Part shown: positions 38,107 through 46,107 of the stretch, piece by piece
How positions within the stretch are numbered: position 1 is the first letter of the stretch
Layout: every line of letters begins with the position of its first letter
DNA from: a virus
Length of the DNA stretch: 64,000 nt
IMG/VR virus record: IMGVR_UViG_3300043571_000443
Location: 10,187-74,186 of that record
Reading direction: 5' to 3' (one strand)
Notes under the pieces: generated by a model
What the model saw: only the letters and a program-made list of their open reading frames with translations
What the model was told of the DNA's origin: nothing
The model's database searches: none
Translations under genes and position numbers: made by a program

Positions 38107-38615
38107 GACTCCAGGTATTTTCCAAAGGCATCGACAAAGAATGGGATCGCCTTGTCTTGGAACCCATCAAAAATATTACGCTCCGGTAGGCCGGGGTGAT
38201 TGACCTGCTTAGCACTACGCCAGCCGTCCTGGGTATAAAACCGCAGCCGGGCTGCACTTTGGGGCCGGATGACATAGGGCTGGGTGCCTAGAATCACCCA
38301 TGGCGCATACTCCAGGTTAGTGCCCACCTGCACCTCGGTAGCGCTGGTGCGGGCAAAGGCTAGGCTAGCCAGTAGGCCGCCATCGCGGCGCAGAATACCC
38401 CGGGCCTTCTTGCGGTATTGCTTTTCGGCTACGGTGGAGGGTGCCAAGGGCGCTAGGGGCTTGCCGCCAATGGTCTGGCCACGGATGATGGCTTCCTTGG
38501 ATAGGCGCTCGATATAGGCCCCCGTGGCATTCAGCACCGGGCCTAGGTCGGAGATCTTAGCCGCATACTGGGCTAGGCTGATTCCCGTGGCAGTGTATTC
38601 AACAGAGACAGCCAT
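38103..38615 (-). CDS. Virion morphogenesis (neck) protein
   Basis: PLAPSTV...ILRRDGGLLASL...VGTNLEYA...HPGLPER motifs. Confidence 0.75.
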   Translation of the reverse strand: MAVSVEYTATGISLAQYAAKISDLGPVLNATGAYIERLSKEAIIRGQTIGGKPLAPLAPSTVAEKQYRKKARGILRRDGGLLASLAFARTSATEVQVGTNLEYAPWVILGTQPYVIRPQSAARLRFYTQDGWRSAKQVNHPGLPERNIFDGFQDKAIPFFVDAFGKYLES

Positions 38616-38655
38616 GACGGATCCAGAGCGCTGGATCTAGGGTGCCCTGGGGGTA

Positions 38656-38856
38656 TTACACTGAACGACTGCTACGGGCCTCAAAACGAATACCATTATC
38701 GCCGGGAAAAGGTTGGCGGTGATCGGCTACGCCTGTCAAAATTGCGCCAGGAATACCATTTGGGAACGCCTTACAGGACCATTTGCCAGGCTTGTTGCCA
38801 ATCAAGTGCTTGCATTGGTTGCATCCCGGGAAAGAGCTATAAGAATTCGTAGTCAT
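38656..38856 (-). CDS. Small Cys/His protein, candidate immunity partner of the MuF toxin
   Basis: CNQCKH...CKAFPNGIP...DHRQPFPGDNGIRFE; overlaps the end of muF. Confidence 0.6.
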   Translation of the reverse strand: MTTNSYSSFPGCNQCKHLIGNKPGKWSCKAFPNGIPGAILTGVADHRQPFPGDNGIRFEARSSRSV

Positions 38857-40750
38857 CTTCCTCCGGCCACTGGCTAACATAGTCTACATTTTTTTCATCC
38901 CGATCTAACCTGCCCAATACTCTACCATTCGGGTTCTCTCTAACCCATTTTTCCTCATCATCATTAACTTTCTGTCTAGTTAACTCCCTCCTCCTCTCTC
39001 TGGCCTCAGCTGCGTCTTCATTTCTAACGGTGACGACCTGCTTGGTGTCAAACGCGATCCCATAGCCAAAGTCCTGCAAATAGACAGAATCGTAACCTTT
39101 GGCTCTCAAGAATTGGTTAAGGGCCACGCTATCAATAAGGTTGCTTTGATCCCCTGGAAAGTTCTTGCCTATGTTTGCCAGGTCTTTGGAATTAGTAATG
39201 TAAGGCTTTTTGGCCCTAATGTGAGATGTCAGAATACCTACATCTAGCTCAGTAGTAACTGCTCCGGCATATTGCTCGCCTATTCTTCTGTCAATTCCAA
39301 AGTAAACTCCCTGGCCGAAAATGCCTCGACTATTGCGCTCTGGCATTGCGCCTTCATTAGCAATACTATCAGTCACATCCTTGCGGTTGGCGTGATACCA
39401 AGCCATCTGGCCAAAATAACTATCTTTGAGATAGTCAGATGCTTCCTCGTCACTCATTCGGGCCTTCCAGCTCCGGTTGGCTTTGTCGTCAGCCATAGGA
39501 GCATTTATGGCTCTGTCGACACGGACAACTTGATCGCTCCAATCTGCCTGTTCTTTTCGATTGGCTTCGACCTTTGTAATTTGTGTTTTAGTCAGCTTTG
39601 CATCAGCAATTGCTTTCTTGCTCGGCACATAGCCAGCCTCAATGGCGTTAGCTATCTCTATCTTGTACGCATTGACTGATAACCCCGACTCTTTTCGATC
39701 CTTATTCCATGTAGCATCAGGACTAGACTGATCGGCAAGTAGCTGTTTCCGCAGAATGTGTGCTCTAAAATCTTTGGCGCTTAAATCTGGGATAGCATCA
39801 GGGTTCCAATCGACTGCCTTAAGAACGGGCTCAGCCTTCGCAATCGCCTGCCCTGGCACCCAGCTAGGCTTAGCCGGGCTGACGCCTGCCTTCTTCTCCC
39901 AGTAGGTGGGCCCATTGTCTGGCTGCAGGCCCTGGCGCTCCAGGTCGTCTAAGCCTTGCTTGCTGTAGTCTTCGTAAAATGCCGTGTCAATGTCGCTCAG
40001 CGACGCCGTTGGCAGGTAGGTGCAACGACAGCGGGGATGGGCCGGGATCGCTGGCGCTTCGCTGGTCTTCCAGGCTTTGGTGTTGCGGGCATAGCATAGG
40101 CTACAGGTGCCCTCAGCCGGGGTAGCAATCCATTGCACATAAGCGACGCCTGCCTGCTCGTAGCGACTCTTTGCCGCCCCATTGTAGGCGCTCATGGTTT
40201 CTGTCCTGGCAATGGTTTCCGCATTGCTCTTGAAGCTTACCCCCAGCGTCTTTAGCTGGCCTTCGATCTTGCGGGTGCCCCAGCCTTGGATTAAACCTTG
40301 CTCTACTACAGCGCTGATCTGGCTAGCTTGCTGGTTGGAATAGTTGACCAGGCGCTCTCTGAACCGCTCCGCTTGATTACGGACTGCGCCAATCGGGATG
40401 GTGGTAAATGGGGCCTGGAGGCCGATATAGTTCAAGCTATCGCCTGCCATCTGCTGGCCCAGGTCAACCGCCTGCTGGATTACGTCATAGCCTAGCTGCT
40501 CAATGGCTTGCTCATTGCCAGGGTTAAGGAACTTCAACGCCTCGCCCATCTCCGCTGCAATCGCACCTTGGCGCACCAGGGTAGAAATGCTACCAGCCTG
40601 CTGCAGCCGTGGCATGGCATCCCGCAGCTTAGCCACCATCGCTCGGTAGCTAACGTCATAGGCCGCTGCAATGCGCTTCAGCACATCCTGACTGGCCTTG
40701 TCTAGTTCGGCGTCGTAGCGGTCGGCAATGTTGACTAGCTGGCGGCTCAC
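38837..40750 (-). CDS. MuF minor head protein with C-terminal ADP-ribosyltransferase-like extension
   Basis: IARTET...C..C...PAHPRCRC MuF motif; C-terminal WYHAN...GIFGQGVYF...QYA...GYDSV. Confidence 0.75.
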   Translation of the reverse strand: MSRQLVNIADRYDAELDKASQDVLKRIAAAYDVSYRAMVAKLRDAMPRLQQAGSISTLVRQGAIAAEMGEALKFLNPGNEQAIEQLGYDVIQQAVDLGQQMAGDSLNYIGLQAPFTTIPIGAVRNQAERFRERLVNYSNQQASQISAVVEQGLIQGWGTRKIEGQLKTLGVSFKSNAETIARTETMSAYNGAAKSRYEQAGVAYVQWIATPAEGTCSLCYARNTKAWKTSEAPAIPAHPRCRCTYLPTASLSDIDTAFYEDYSKQGLDDLERQGLQPDNGPTYWEKKAGVSPAKPSWVPGQAIAKAEPVLKAVDWNPDAIPDLSAKDFRAHILRKQLLADQSSPDATWNKDRKESGLSVNAYKIEIANAIEAGYVPSKKAIADAKLTKTQITKVEANRKEQADWSDQVVRVDRAINAPMADDKANRSWKARMSDEEASDYLKDSYFGQMAWYHANRKDVTDSIANEGAMPERNSRGIFGQGVYFGIDRRIGEQYAGAVTTELDVGILTSHIRAKKPYITNSKDLANIGKNFPGDQSNLIDSVALNQFLRAKGYDSVYLQDFGYGIAFDTKQVVTVRNEDAAEARERRRELTRQKVNDDEEKWVRENPNGRVLGRLDRDEKNVDYVSQWPEEDDYEFL

Positions 40751-41241
40751 ACCACATCACCCCACTGCACCCGATAGCTAAATACCCCTGATAGCTTTTT
40801 GCCTAGCAGTTGATCAGGGAGCTGGTACTGGCTAGCCAGGGTAGCGCCTAGCGTAAACTGGCCTTCGTGGTCGAGGTGGCGGCGGTTGCGCTCAACAAAG
40901 GCATTGAAGCTGGCTAAGCTTCCCCAAGTACGCAATAGGCCAGTGCTGGGGTTAATCAGCGTGAAATCCTGTGACAGTCGCCATAGGTAGGCGGGCATCG
41001 TCACCCCTGGCCGGATCGTCGAGGCTGGCCGCTGGGGTGCCAGGAAGTAACCCTCTAGCGGGATCTCAGTCAGGGTACTGCCCGCCTCCTGCAGTAGCCG
41101 ATCATTGCCGACCTTGATCCACGCTACGCCGACCTGGGTAGTCACCAACGACTCCGGCAGCCCGCTGGCGTTGGTGGTAGCCGTAGCTGGCACCGTCATT
41201 ACCAAAGTAAGGCTAGCGTACTGGTCAAGGGGCGTCGGCAT
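40747..41241 (-). CDS. Head-tail joining protein (putative)
   Basis: Operon position and size. Confidence 0.45.
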   Translation of the reverse strand: MPTPLDQYASLTLVMTVPATATTNASGLPESLVTTQVGVAWIKVGNDRLLQEAGSTLTEIPLEGYFLAPQRPASTIRPGVTMPAYLWRLSQDFTLINPSTGLLRTWGSLASFNAFVERNRRHLDHEGQFTLGATLASQYQLPDQLLGKKLSGVFSYRVQWGDVV

Positions 41242-41581
41242 CCCAGGCCTCCACCACCGCTGGATCGGTGCTATAGGGCCTTGCCAGCACCCTAGGGCAT
41301 TGCTCCCAGATAGCAGCTAGGGACGGGTAGCCACCCTCTGGCCGGGCCTCCAGGATCAGCTTGGCCGCACCCTTGCCGATGGTGGGCAGGACGCTGATCT
41401 CATCAGCCGTAGCTGCTGCATTGATCAGGGCCAAAGCTTGGGGCATGGCAGCTGGGCTAGGCGCTGGCAATGGGGCCGGGCTTGACGGCGGCTCAGTAGT
41501 CATGCCATGGAGTCGGATCCAAGCAGGCGCGTCAATGTCTGGAATGGTGATGGACTGGCCATCAGGGTAATAAAGCAACAT
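41225..41581 (-). CDS. Helix-hairpin-helix protein
   Basis: INAAATADEISVLPTIGKGAAKLILEAR (ComEA-like HhH). Confidence 0.7.
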   Translation of the reverse strand: MLLYYPDGQSITIPDIDAPAWIRLHGMTTEPPSSPAPLPAPSPAAMPQALALINAAATADEISVLPTIGKGAAKLILEARPEGGYPSLAAIWEQCPRVLARPYSTDPAVVEAWDADAP

Positions 41582-41584
41582 AGT

Positions 41585-41767
41585 TTAGTGCCACAACTGC
41601 ATCAGGCCACGGACAGCGACCACGACCCAGCCAGCGCTGATCACCGAGGCCCATGCGGTGGATACCCAGGAGCGATGGCGGCGACGGATAGCGACCCGGG
41701 TGGCCCCGGCAAACAGGAGGCAGGCTGTCATCGCAGCCAGGCCCAGGACAATGTAGACAATAGCCAT
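41585..41767 (-). CDS. Small two-TM protein
   Basis: Two hydrophobic segments; first gene after the late motif at 41790. Confidence 0.5.
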   Translation of the reverse strand: MAIVYIVLGLAAMTACLLFAGATRVAIRRRHRSWVSTAWASVISAGWVVVAVRGLMQLWH

Positions 41768-41850
41768 AGCAGATCCCCATCGTTTTGCTTAGGGTGCCCA
41801 GGCAATAAAAAACCCCGGGCTGGCCGGGGTGGAAGTAGCGTGGAGTCAGG

Positions 41851-42096
41851 CTACTCTGGCTTATAAAAACATTTGCCAACGGCGCCCCATACCGAGTGAG
41901 TGGTGATGTTTTTATGCGGAATGATAACACGACTACCATCGAAGATGATGATCAAGTCATCCTTCCGATAGCTGCAACCATCACGATCACCATACAAAAA
42001 TTGCTGAACTGTGCCGCCCATGTACTCAGGCGCAAACATGAATAACGCCTGATTTACCTCGGCCCCAAAAGACTGACACATAGTAGGCGTAGACAT
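41851..42096 (-). CDS. Small protein in promoter cassette 1
   Basis: Own promoter at 42105-42168 and terminator at 41806-41830. Confidence 0.65.
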   Translation of the reverse strand: MSTPTMCQSFGAEVNQALFMFAPEYMGGTVQQFLYGDRDGCSYRKDDLIIIFDGSRVIIPHKNITTHSVWGAVGKCFYKPE

Positions 42097-42104
42097 AACT
42101 CAAT

Positions 42105-42168
42105 CCTCGTAAGTGGTTCGATACCTTCACTATACCCCCCCTGTATCGAACCGTCAACAGCCTGCAAC
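42105..42168 (-). promoter_or_regulatory. Repeated promoter cassette, copy 1
   Basis: TTGACG-17-TATAGT, inverted repeat GTTCGATA/TATCGAAC, CCACTTACGAGGA leader. Confidence 0.8.
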
Positions 42169-42211
42169 AAAAAACCCCGGACTGGCCGGGGCAATGCAAC
42201 AGCCTAGCAGA

Positions 42212-42670
42212 TCAGACCCTGGCCGCCCAGTGGCGCTCTAGCAGGTCGTCTGCCGTCCTGGCTAAGTTAATTCGGGCACCGTCGTTGATAGCCTCAGAGA
42301 TAGCGCCAATGTGGTATGCCGCCATCTTCGAGTAGTATTTCAGCGCCCCAGTCAGGCAGGACATCCACAGCGGCAATTTCTCCCAGGTGGGGCGCTGACT
42401 ATTGTAAAACTGGCTGAACCCGCTGATCGGCTCTTGCAACGCCTTGCGGCACTGGGCCAGGCTACTGCCTTGCTGGCTGGCCAGGACCACCAGGGCCTCC
42501 ATGCAAGCCACATACCGGCTAGCCATGGTATCAACAGGCTCACCGCTGACTAGGCCATCGTTCACCAGCTGGATAGCCCGTTGCAGGTCACCCAGGGCAT
42601 CAGTACTAGCTGGCCGGATAGCCAGGATGGCTGGCTCTAGATCGGCGAGTCGGGCGAGAGTCTTAGTCAT
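42212..42670 (-). CDS. Hypothetical protein
   Basis: ORF followed by a terminator at about 42168-42191. Confidence 0.5.
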   Translation of the reverse strand: MTKTLARLADLEPAILAIRPASTDALGDLQRAIQLVNDGLVSGEPVDTMASRYVACMEALVVLASQQGSSLAQCRKALQEPISGFSQFYNSQRPTWEKLPLWMSCLTGALKYYSKMAAYHIGAISEAINDGARINLARTADDLLERHWAARV

Positions 42671-42753
42671 GGGTGGATCCGGTAAACGTCCCCACTAGCC
42701 TAGCAGAAACCCGAACAAAAGCCTATGGCCGGAAGGAAAAAGCCTAAAGCGGG

Positions 42754-42811
42754 GTTGACGGTTCGATATGCAGGGGGTATATTGAAGGTATCGAACCACT
42801 TACACCGAGGA
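42754..42811 (+). promoter_or_regulatory. Repeated promoter cassette, copy 2
   Basis: TTGACG (42755)-17-TATATT (42778); same inverted repeat and leader. Confidence 0.8.
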
Positions 42812-42818
42812 CCGACCC

Positions 42819-43022
42819 ATGCCCAAGTTCATTTCCATCCAAGACGGCGCTTACCTGCTCAACCTGGCCCATATCGTCAGCATCGAGGTAAATAAAGGAT
42901 CCCTGGAAGTTACCTGCAATGATGGCCAAGGGGCCTACACCATAGATGACCCTGACGAGATGGGGACACTGATGGACGCGATCCAAATCGTGGATTCAAG
43001 CGAAGAAGGGATGCAAATGTAA
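42819..43022 (+). CDS. Small acidic protein in promoter cassette 2
   Basis: GAGGA RBS; terminator at 43051-43073. Confidence 0.65.
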   Translation: MPKFISIQDGAYLLNLAHIVSIEVNKGSLEVTCNDGQGAYTIDDPDEMGTLMDAIQIVDSSEEGMQM

Positions 43023-43058
43023 CCCACCCTCCCCACCGCTTCCCCGCAGACCCCCGGC

Positions 43059-43733
43059 CTAGCTGGGGGTTTTGCTTTGGGCCACATAGCTGAGCAGGTC
43101 CATTAACCGGCTGCCCCGCACTGGCGCGATCTGGTCCTCCAGTGGCTGATACTGGCTGATCGCCCGCATCAGCCTGTCGCTGTGGTACAAACCGCTATCG
43201 ATCTCCGTCTTGCTAAACCCCAGCGCCATTAGCCCCTCATAGGCAGCTAGAAGGCCCGTGAAGCGTTCCCGGCCTATCCACAGGGTATCTAGCTCGAACT
43301 GCACCGGGAAATGGTCTCTGCTATGGCCATCCTGGGCCCAGGGCAGCACATGTTTCTGGCCAGACTCAGCAATGACAATCGTAAACGGTGGCTCCGGTGG
43401 CTCCAGTAGCCAGCCACGGATCTGAGCTCGGGTGGGCAAGTCCGAGACTACCGGAAAGATGTCTTTGCCGATGGCCTTGGCCTCACCGATCGCAGGCGAC
43501 AGCAGCACATCGCCCTGGTACAACCGGCTCAGGGACCGGCCCCATAGCTTACTCCACTTGTCCTTGCCCTGATTCCAGTACCACAGCAGCTTCTCATGGC
43601 CGTCGATGGCACCATAGCACCGCCCGCATAGCTGGTCGGAGTCTGGGCAACGGGCCATGCTGTGGCCGGTGAAAGTGTCCTTGAGCGCCAAGGGGAAGCT
43701 GGCGGGCTTGCCGCATAGGTAGCACTCAGCCAT
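43059..43733 (-). CDS. csf1: Type IV CRISPR large subunit Csf1 (Cas8-like)
   Basis: N-terminal Zn finger CYLCG...TFT...CPDSDQLCGRC and LLEPPEPPF...SGQKHVL motifs; ATG at 43733 overlaps the cysH stop. Confidence 0.75.
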   Translation of the reverse strand: MAECYLCGKPASFPLALKDTFTGHSMARCPDSDQLCGRCYGAIDGHEKLLWYWNQGKDKWSKLWGRSLSRLYQGDVLLSPAIGEAKAIGKDIFPVVSDLPTRAQIRGWLLEPPEPPFTIVIAESGQKHVLPWAQDGHSRDHFPVQFELDTLWIGRERFTGLLAAYEGLMALGFSKTEIDSGLYHSDRLMRAISQYQPLEDQIAPVRGSRLMDLLSYVAQSKTPS

Positions 43734-44469
43734 GGTCTGCAACCTCCGGAAAGTGTTTACAAAATTCAGCCCAAAATTCTGGATGGTAGCGCCGCAGGTC
43801 ACTGAGTCGCCCCCAGTTTACGCCAGTAGTCCCGATGGGTGGCCCATTGCGCACCGTCAGCCGGTCCCGGTCGTACATGGCAGGGTAGGGCAGTCGGTGG
43901 GCGTCGATATAGCACCAAATATCCTGGGTGCTCCAAAAGCCGACCGGCGAACATACCCACAGGCCATCCTTACGCTGGTATAGCTCGCCCTTGCCCTTCA
44001 GGTACATAGCGCGGCCCCGAGACTCTTTGCGTAGCCCCCAGGCATAGCCTCGCACGCCATGGGCCTCCTGGTAGTCATCCAGCGGGCCATACATTAGCGC
44101 TGCATTAATGCGCTTGTCCAGGCCGGTCGCCATGGTGCCATCCAAGGGAATGCCATAGTCCTGGTACAGCTTCAGTAGGCTGCGGGGTGGGCATAGCTCG
44201 ATGATGTTCCAGCCCTGGCCCTGCAGGTGGTGCAATAGCTCGATGCAGTCCGGCCATTCTGCCAACGGCCCTTGGTTTACCCAGGCAAAAGGGCAGTCCG
44301 GCCATACCTGGCGGATTAAGTGAGCCATTACCAAGCTATCCTTGCCGCCACTGACTGAGCCATAGGCGTAGCGATCTGTGGCCTCCAGCCAGCGGCCAAT
44401 AACAGAAAGCGCCCGGTCAACCTTGCGGGTCAACCAGGGCGCTCGTGAGCCGGTGCCGGTGTTAAGCAA
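43726..44469 (-). CDS. cysH: CysH / PAPS-reductase-like protein of the type IV-B locus
   Basis: PP-loop SVSGGKDS, WGLRKESRGR, PVGFWS...IWCYI...LPYPAMYD. Confidence 0.85.
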   Translation of the reverse strand: MLNTGTGSRAPWLTRKVDRALSVIGRWLEATDRYAYGSVSGGKDSLVMAHLIRQVWPDCPFAWVNQGPLAEWPDCIELLHHLQGQGWNIIELCPPRSLLKLYQDYGIPLDGTMATGLDKRINAALMYGPLDDYQEAHGVRGYAWGLRKESRGRAMYLKGKGELYQRKDGLWVCSPVGFWSTQDIWCYIDAHRLPYPAMYDRDRLTVRNGPPIGTTGVNWGRLSDLRRYHPEFWAEFCKHFPEVADHG

Positions 44470-44770
44470 GCTGCATCCGCTCGCTCATTGCATCCGCAAA
44501 CCATTCGCGGATCTTGTCTTCGGCATTGTCATAAAAGCGAGTGTTGGAGTCGTCATCCCACTCTTCGTCGTTGAGGTGGGGGACGGTAAGAATGAGTCCG
44601 GGGCTATCGTACAGGTTCCCAACAGAACCCTTGTCCAGGGATCGGTAGGTGCCATCCTCAAACAGCTCAACAACGTAAGCACCGCCGCCCCAGGATGCCT
44701 TTGTGGAAGAATCAACGGTGGCCTCGAAGTCGATGGCCATGAAGTTATCGAAAGCCTTTTGAATAGTCAT
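44462..44770 (-). CDS. Small, very acidic protein in promoter cassette 3, inside the cas operon
   Basis: D/E-rich (NDEEWDDDS); own promoter. Confidence 0.7.
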   Translation of the reverse strand: MTIQKAFDNFMAIDFEATVDSSTKASWGGGAYVVELFEDGTYRSLDKGSVGNLYDSPGLILTVPHLNDEEWDDDSNTRFYDNAEDKIREWFADAMSERMQLA

Positions 44771-44777
44771 CAGTCAG

Positions 44778-44837
44778 TCCTCATAAGTGGTTTGTTCCAT
44801 GCCTTCAATATACCCCCTGCATATCGAACTGTCAACA
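44778..44837 (-). promoter_or_regulatory. Repeated promoter cassette, copy 3
   Basis: TTGACA-17-TATATT; the -35 overlaps the cas6 stop codon; CCACTTATGAGGA leader. Confidence 0.8.
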
Positions 44838-45440
44838 CTTTTCGACAAAATAGCCACAGCCTAGGCGCTGTCTACCTCCTAGCCCTTGCCGCTGGAGAGT
44901 CAGCGACGCATCCGGCGATAGGTCGGCAAAGCTTACCCCGTAGCCCACCACGGCAGCATCCTTGATCCGCAGGGTTTTGCGCTCCCCCAGTACCGGCATA
45001 GACTGTACCCCCAACCGTTCCAGCGCCTTGCCTAGGGCTATCCCGAACTCAAAAGGTGACACCTGGTCCTGGTACTGGGCTTTGATGGTCACCAGCCTTG
45101 CCTCCAGGCTAGGACATGGCTGCAGGGATGCACCCGTGAAGGTGCCTAGCTGCACCAGCGCCTTACCCACCCGCAATACTTGCCCGTCCAGGCTACCGAA
45201 TAGCTCCAGGTTGGCCAGCTCAGTCCGCACCCCTAGCCAGCTTTCGCTACCCAGTTGCACCCAGCCCTGGCGGTCCGGGATACCGTTGATCGTCTTCAGC
45301 GACCAGGCCAGCTCCTTTAGCCCCGGCAGGCGTTCCACCAGAGCGCTATAAAGCCGGTAGCCATGGTCGGCGGGTATCCTATCGCCCTGCACCGGCCAAG
45401 CTAGCTGTATCCAGGTAGGCGGTGTGGACGGGCATGGCAC
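44832..45440 (-). CDS. cas6: CRISPR-associated endoribonuclease Cas6 (Myxan / I-B-like)
   Basis: LAWPVQGDRIPADHGYRLYSAL N-terminal motif; C-terminal Gly-rich loop GLGGRQRLGCGYF; probable GTG start at 45440. Confidence 0.85.
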   Translation of the reverse strand: MPCPSTPPTWIQLAWPVQGDRIPADHGYRLYSALVERLPGLKELAWSLKTINGIPDRQGWVQLGSESWLGVRTELANLELFGSLDGQVLRVGKALVQLGTFTGASLQPCPSLEARLVTIKAQYQDQVSPFEFGIALGKALERLGVQSMPVLGERKTLRIKDAAVVGYGVSFADLSPDASLTLQRQGLGGRQRLGCGYFVEKC

Positions 45441-46107
45441 AGCGGGCTTTGTTGGCTGATAGCCAGGCGGGGGGTCGCCAGCCCCAGTCGCGGATGGCAA
45501 TATCAATCGGTCGGTCCCGGGGCAGGTGGACGGCGGGGATGGGTCGCATAAGTTCACCGTTTGGCCCCCATAGGTGCCAGTCTTGGTCATGGTCCTCTAC
45601 CTCCCAGTTGGTAACTTGCCCGTAGCCATGGGCGCGTTTCTTGCCTAGCCCAGTACAGCCTTGCAATAATGCCGCGATGCCTTCCCGGTCGCCCTGGCAG
45701 TACCAGGTGATTGTCGGTGCCAGCCGCACAAACAAGGGCAGGTCGTAGGCTTTCTCCGCCCCCTGACTGGTATCCCACTTTGCCTTGCGCTTCCCCCAGG
45801 CCGGTGGTGGGCTATCGATCCCAGGTGCCCAGCGCTTCCTAAATTTGCTAACCGACTCATTGCGGTAGGTGTAGCACGGACTAGAGGTTTGCCAGTACCA
45901 ATCCTCGCCCAGCCAACCCTTAGCCAGTGGCATGTGTTCATCCACTACCGGGCGGCTAGCTTCTACGTCCTGGGCGCTAGGGTTGGGGGCCGCCATGCCC
46001 CGGGCATCGAGGATCAACCACTCCAGCAGGCTAGCCAGATCAGGACTCCAGTCATCAAAGACGGCAATGCCCGACGATAGCCGGGCGGTGACTCGCAGGT
46101 TAGCCAT
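45379..46107 (-). CDS. csf3: Type IV Csf3 (Cas5 group)
   Basis: LRVTARL RAMP start, WYCQGD...LGKKRAHGYGQV Gly loop, MRPIP, WRPPAW. Confidence 0.8.
   Translation of the reverse strand: MANLRVTARLSSGIAVFDDWSPDLASLLEWLILDARGMAAPNPSAQDVEASRPVVDEHMPLAKGWLGEDWYWQTSSPCYTYRNESVSKFRKRWAPGIDSPPPAWGKRKAKWDTSQGAEKAYDLPLFVRLAPTITWYCQGDREGIAALLQGCTGLGKKRAHGYGQVTNWEVEDHDQDWHLWGPNGELMRPIPAVHLPRDRPIDIAIRDWGWRPPAWLSANKARCAMPVHTAYLDTASLAGAGR

Noticed and set aside
43726-44469. cysH as a sulfur-assimilation auxiliary metabolic gene
   Set aside because: It is translationally coupled to csf1 and no other cys genes are present.
45441-45590. Long N-terminal extension of Cas6 given in the ORF track
   Set aside because: It overlaps csf3 extensively; the Cas6 motif begins just after the GTG at 45440.
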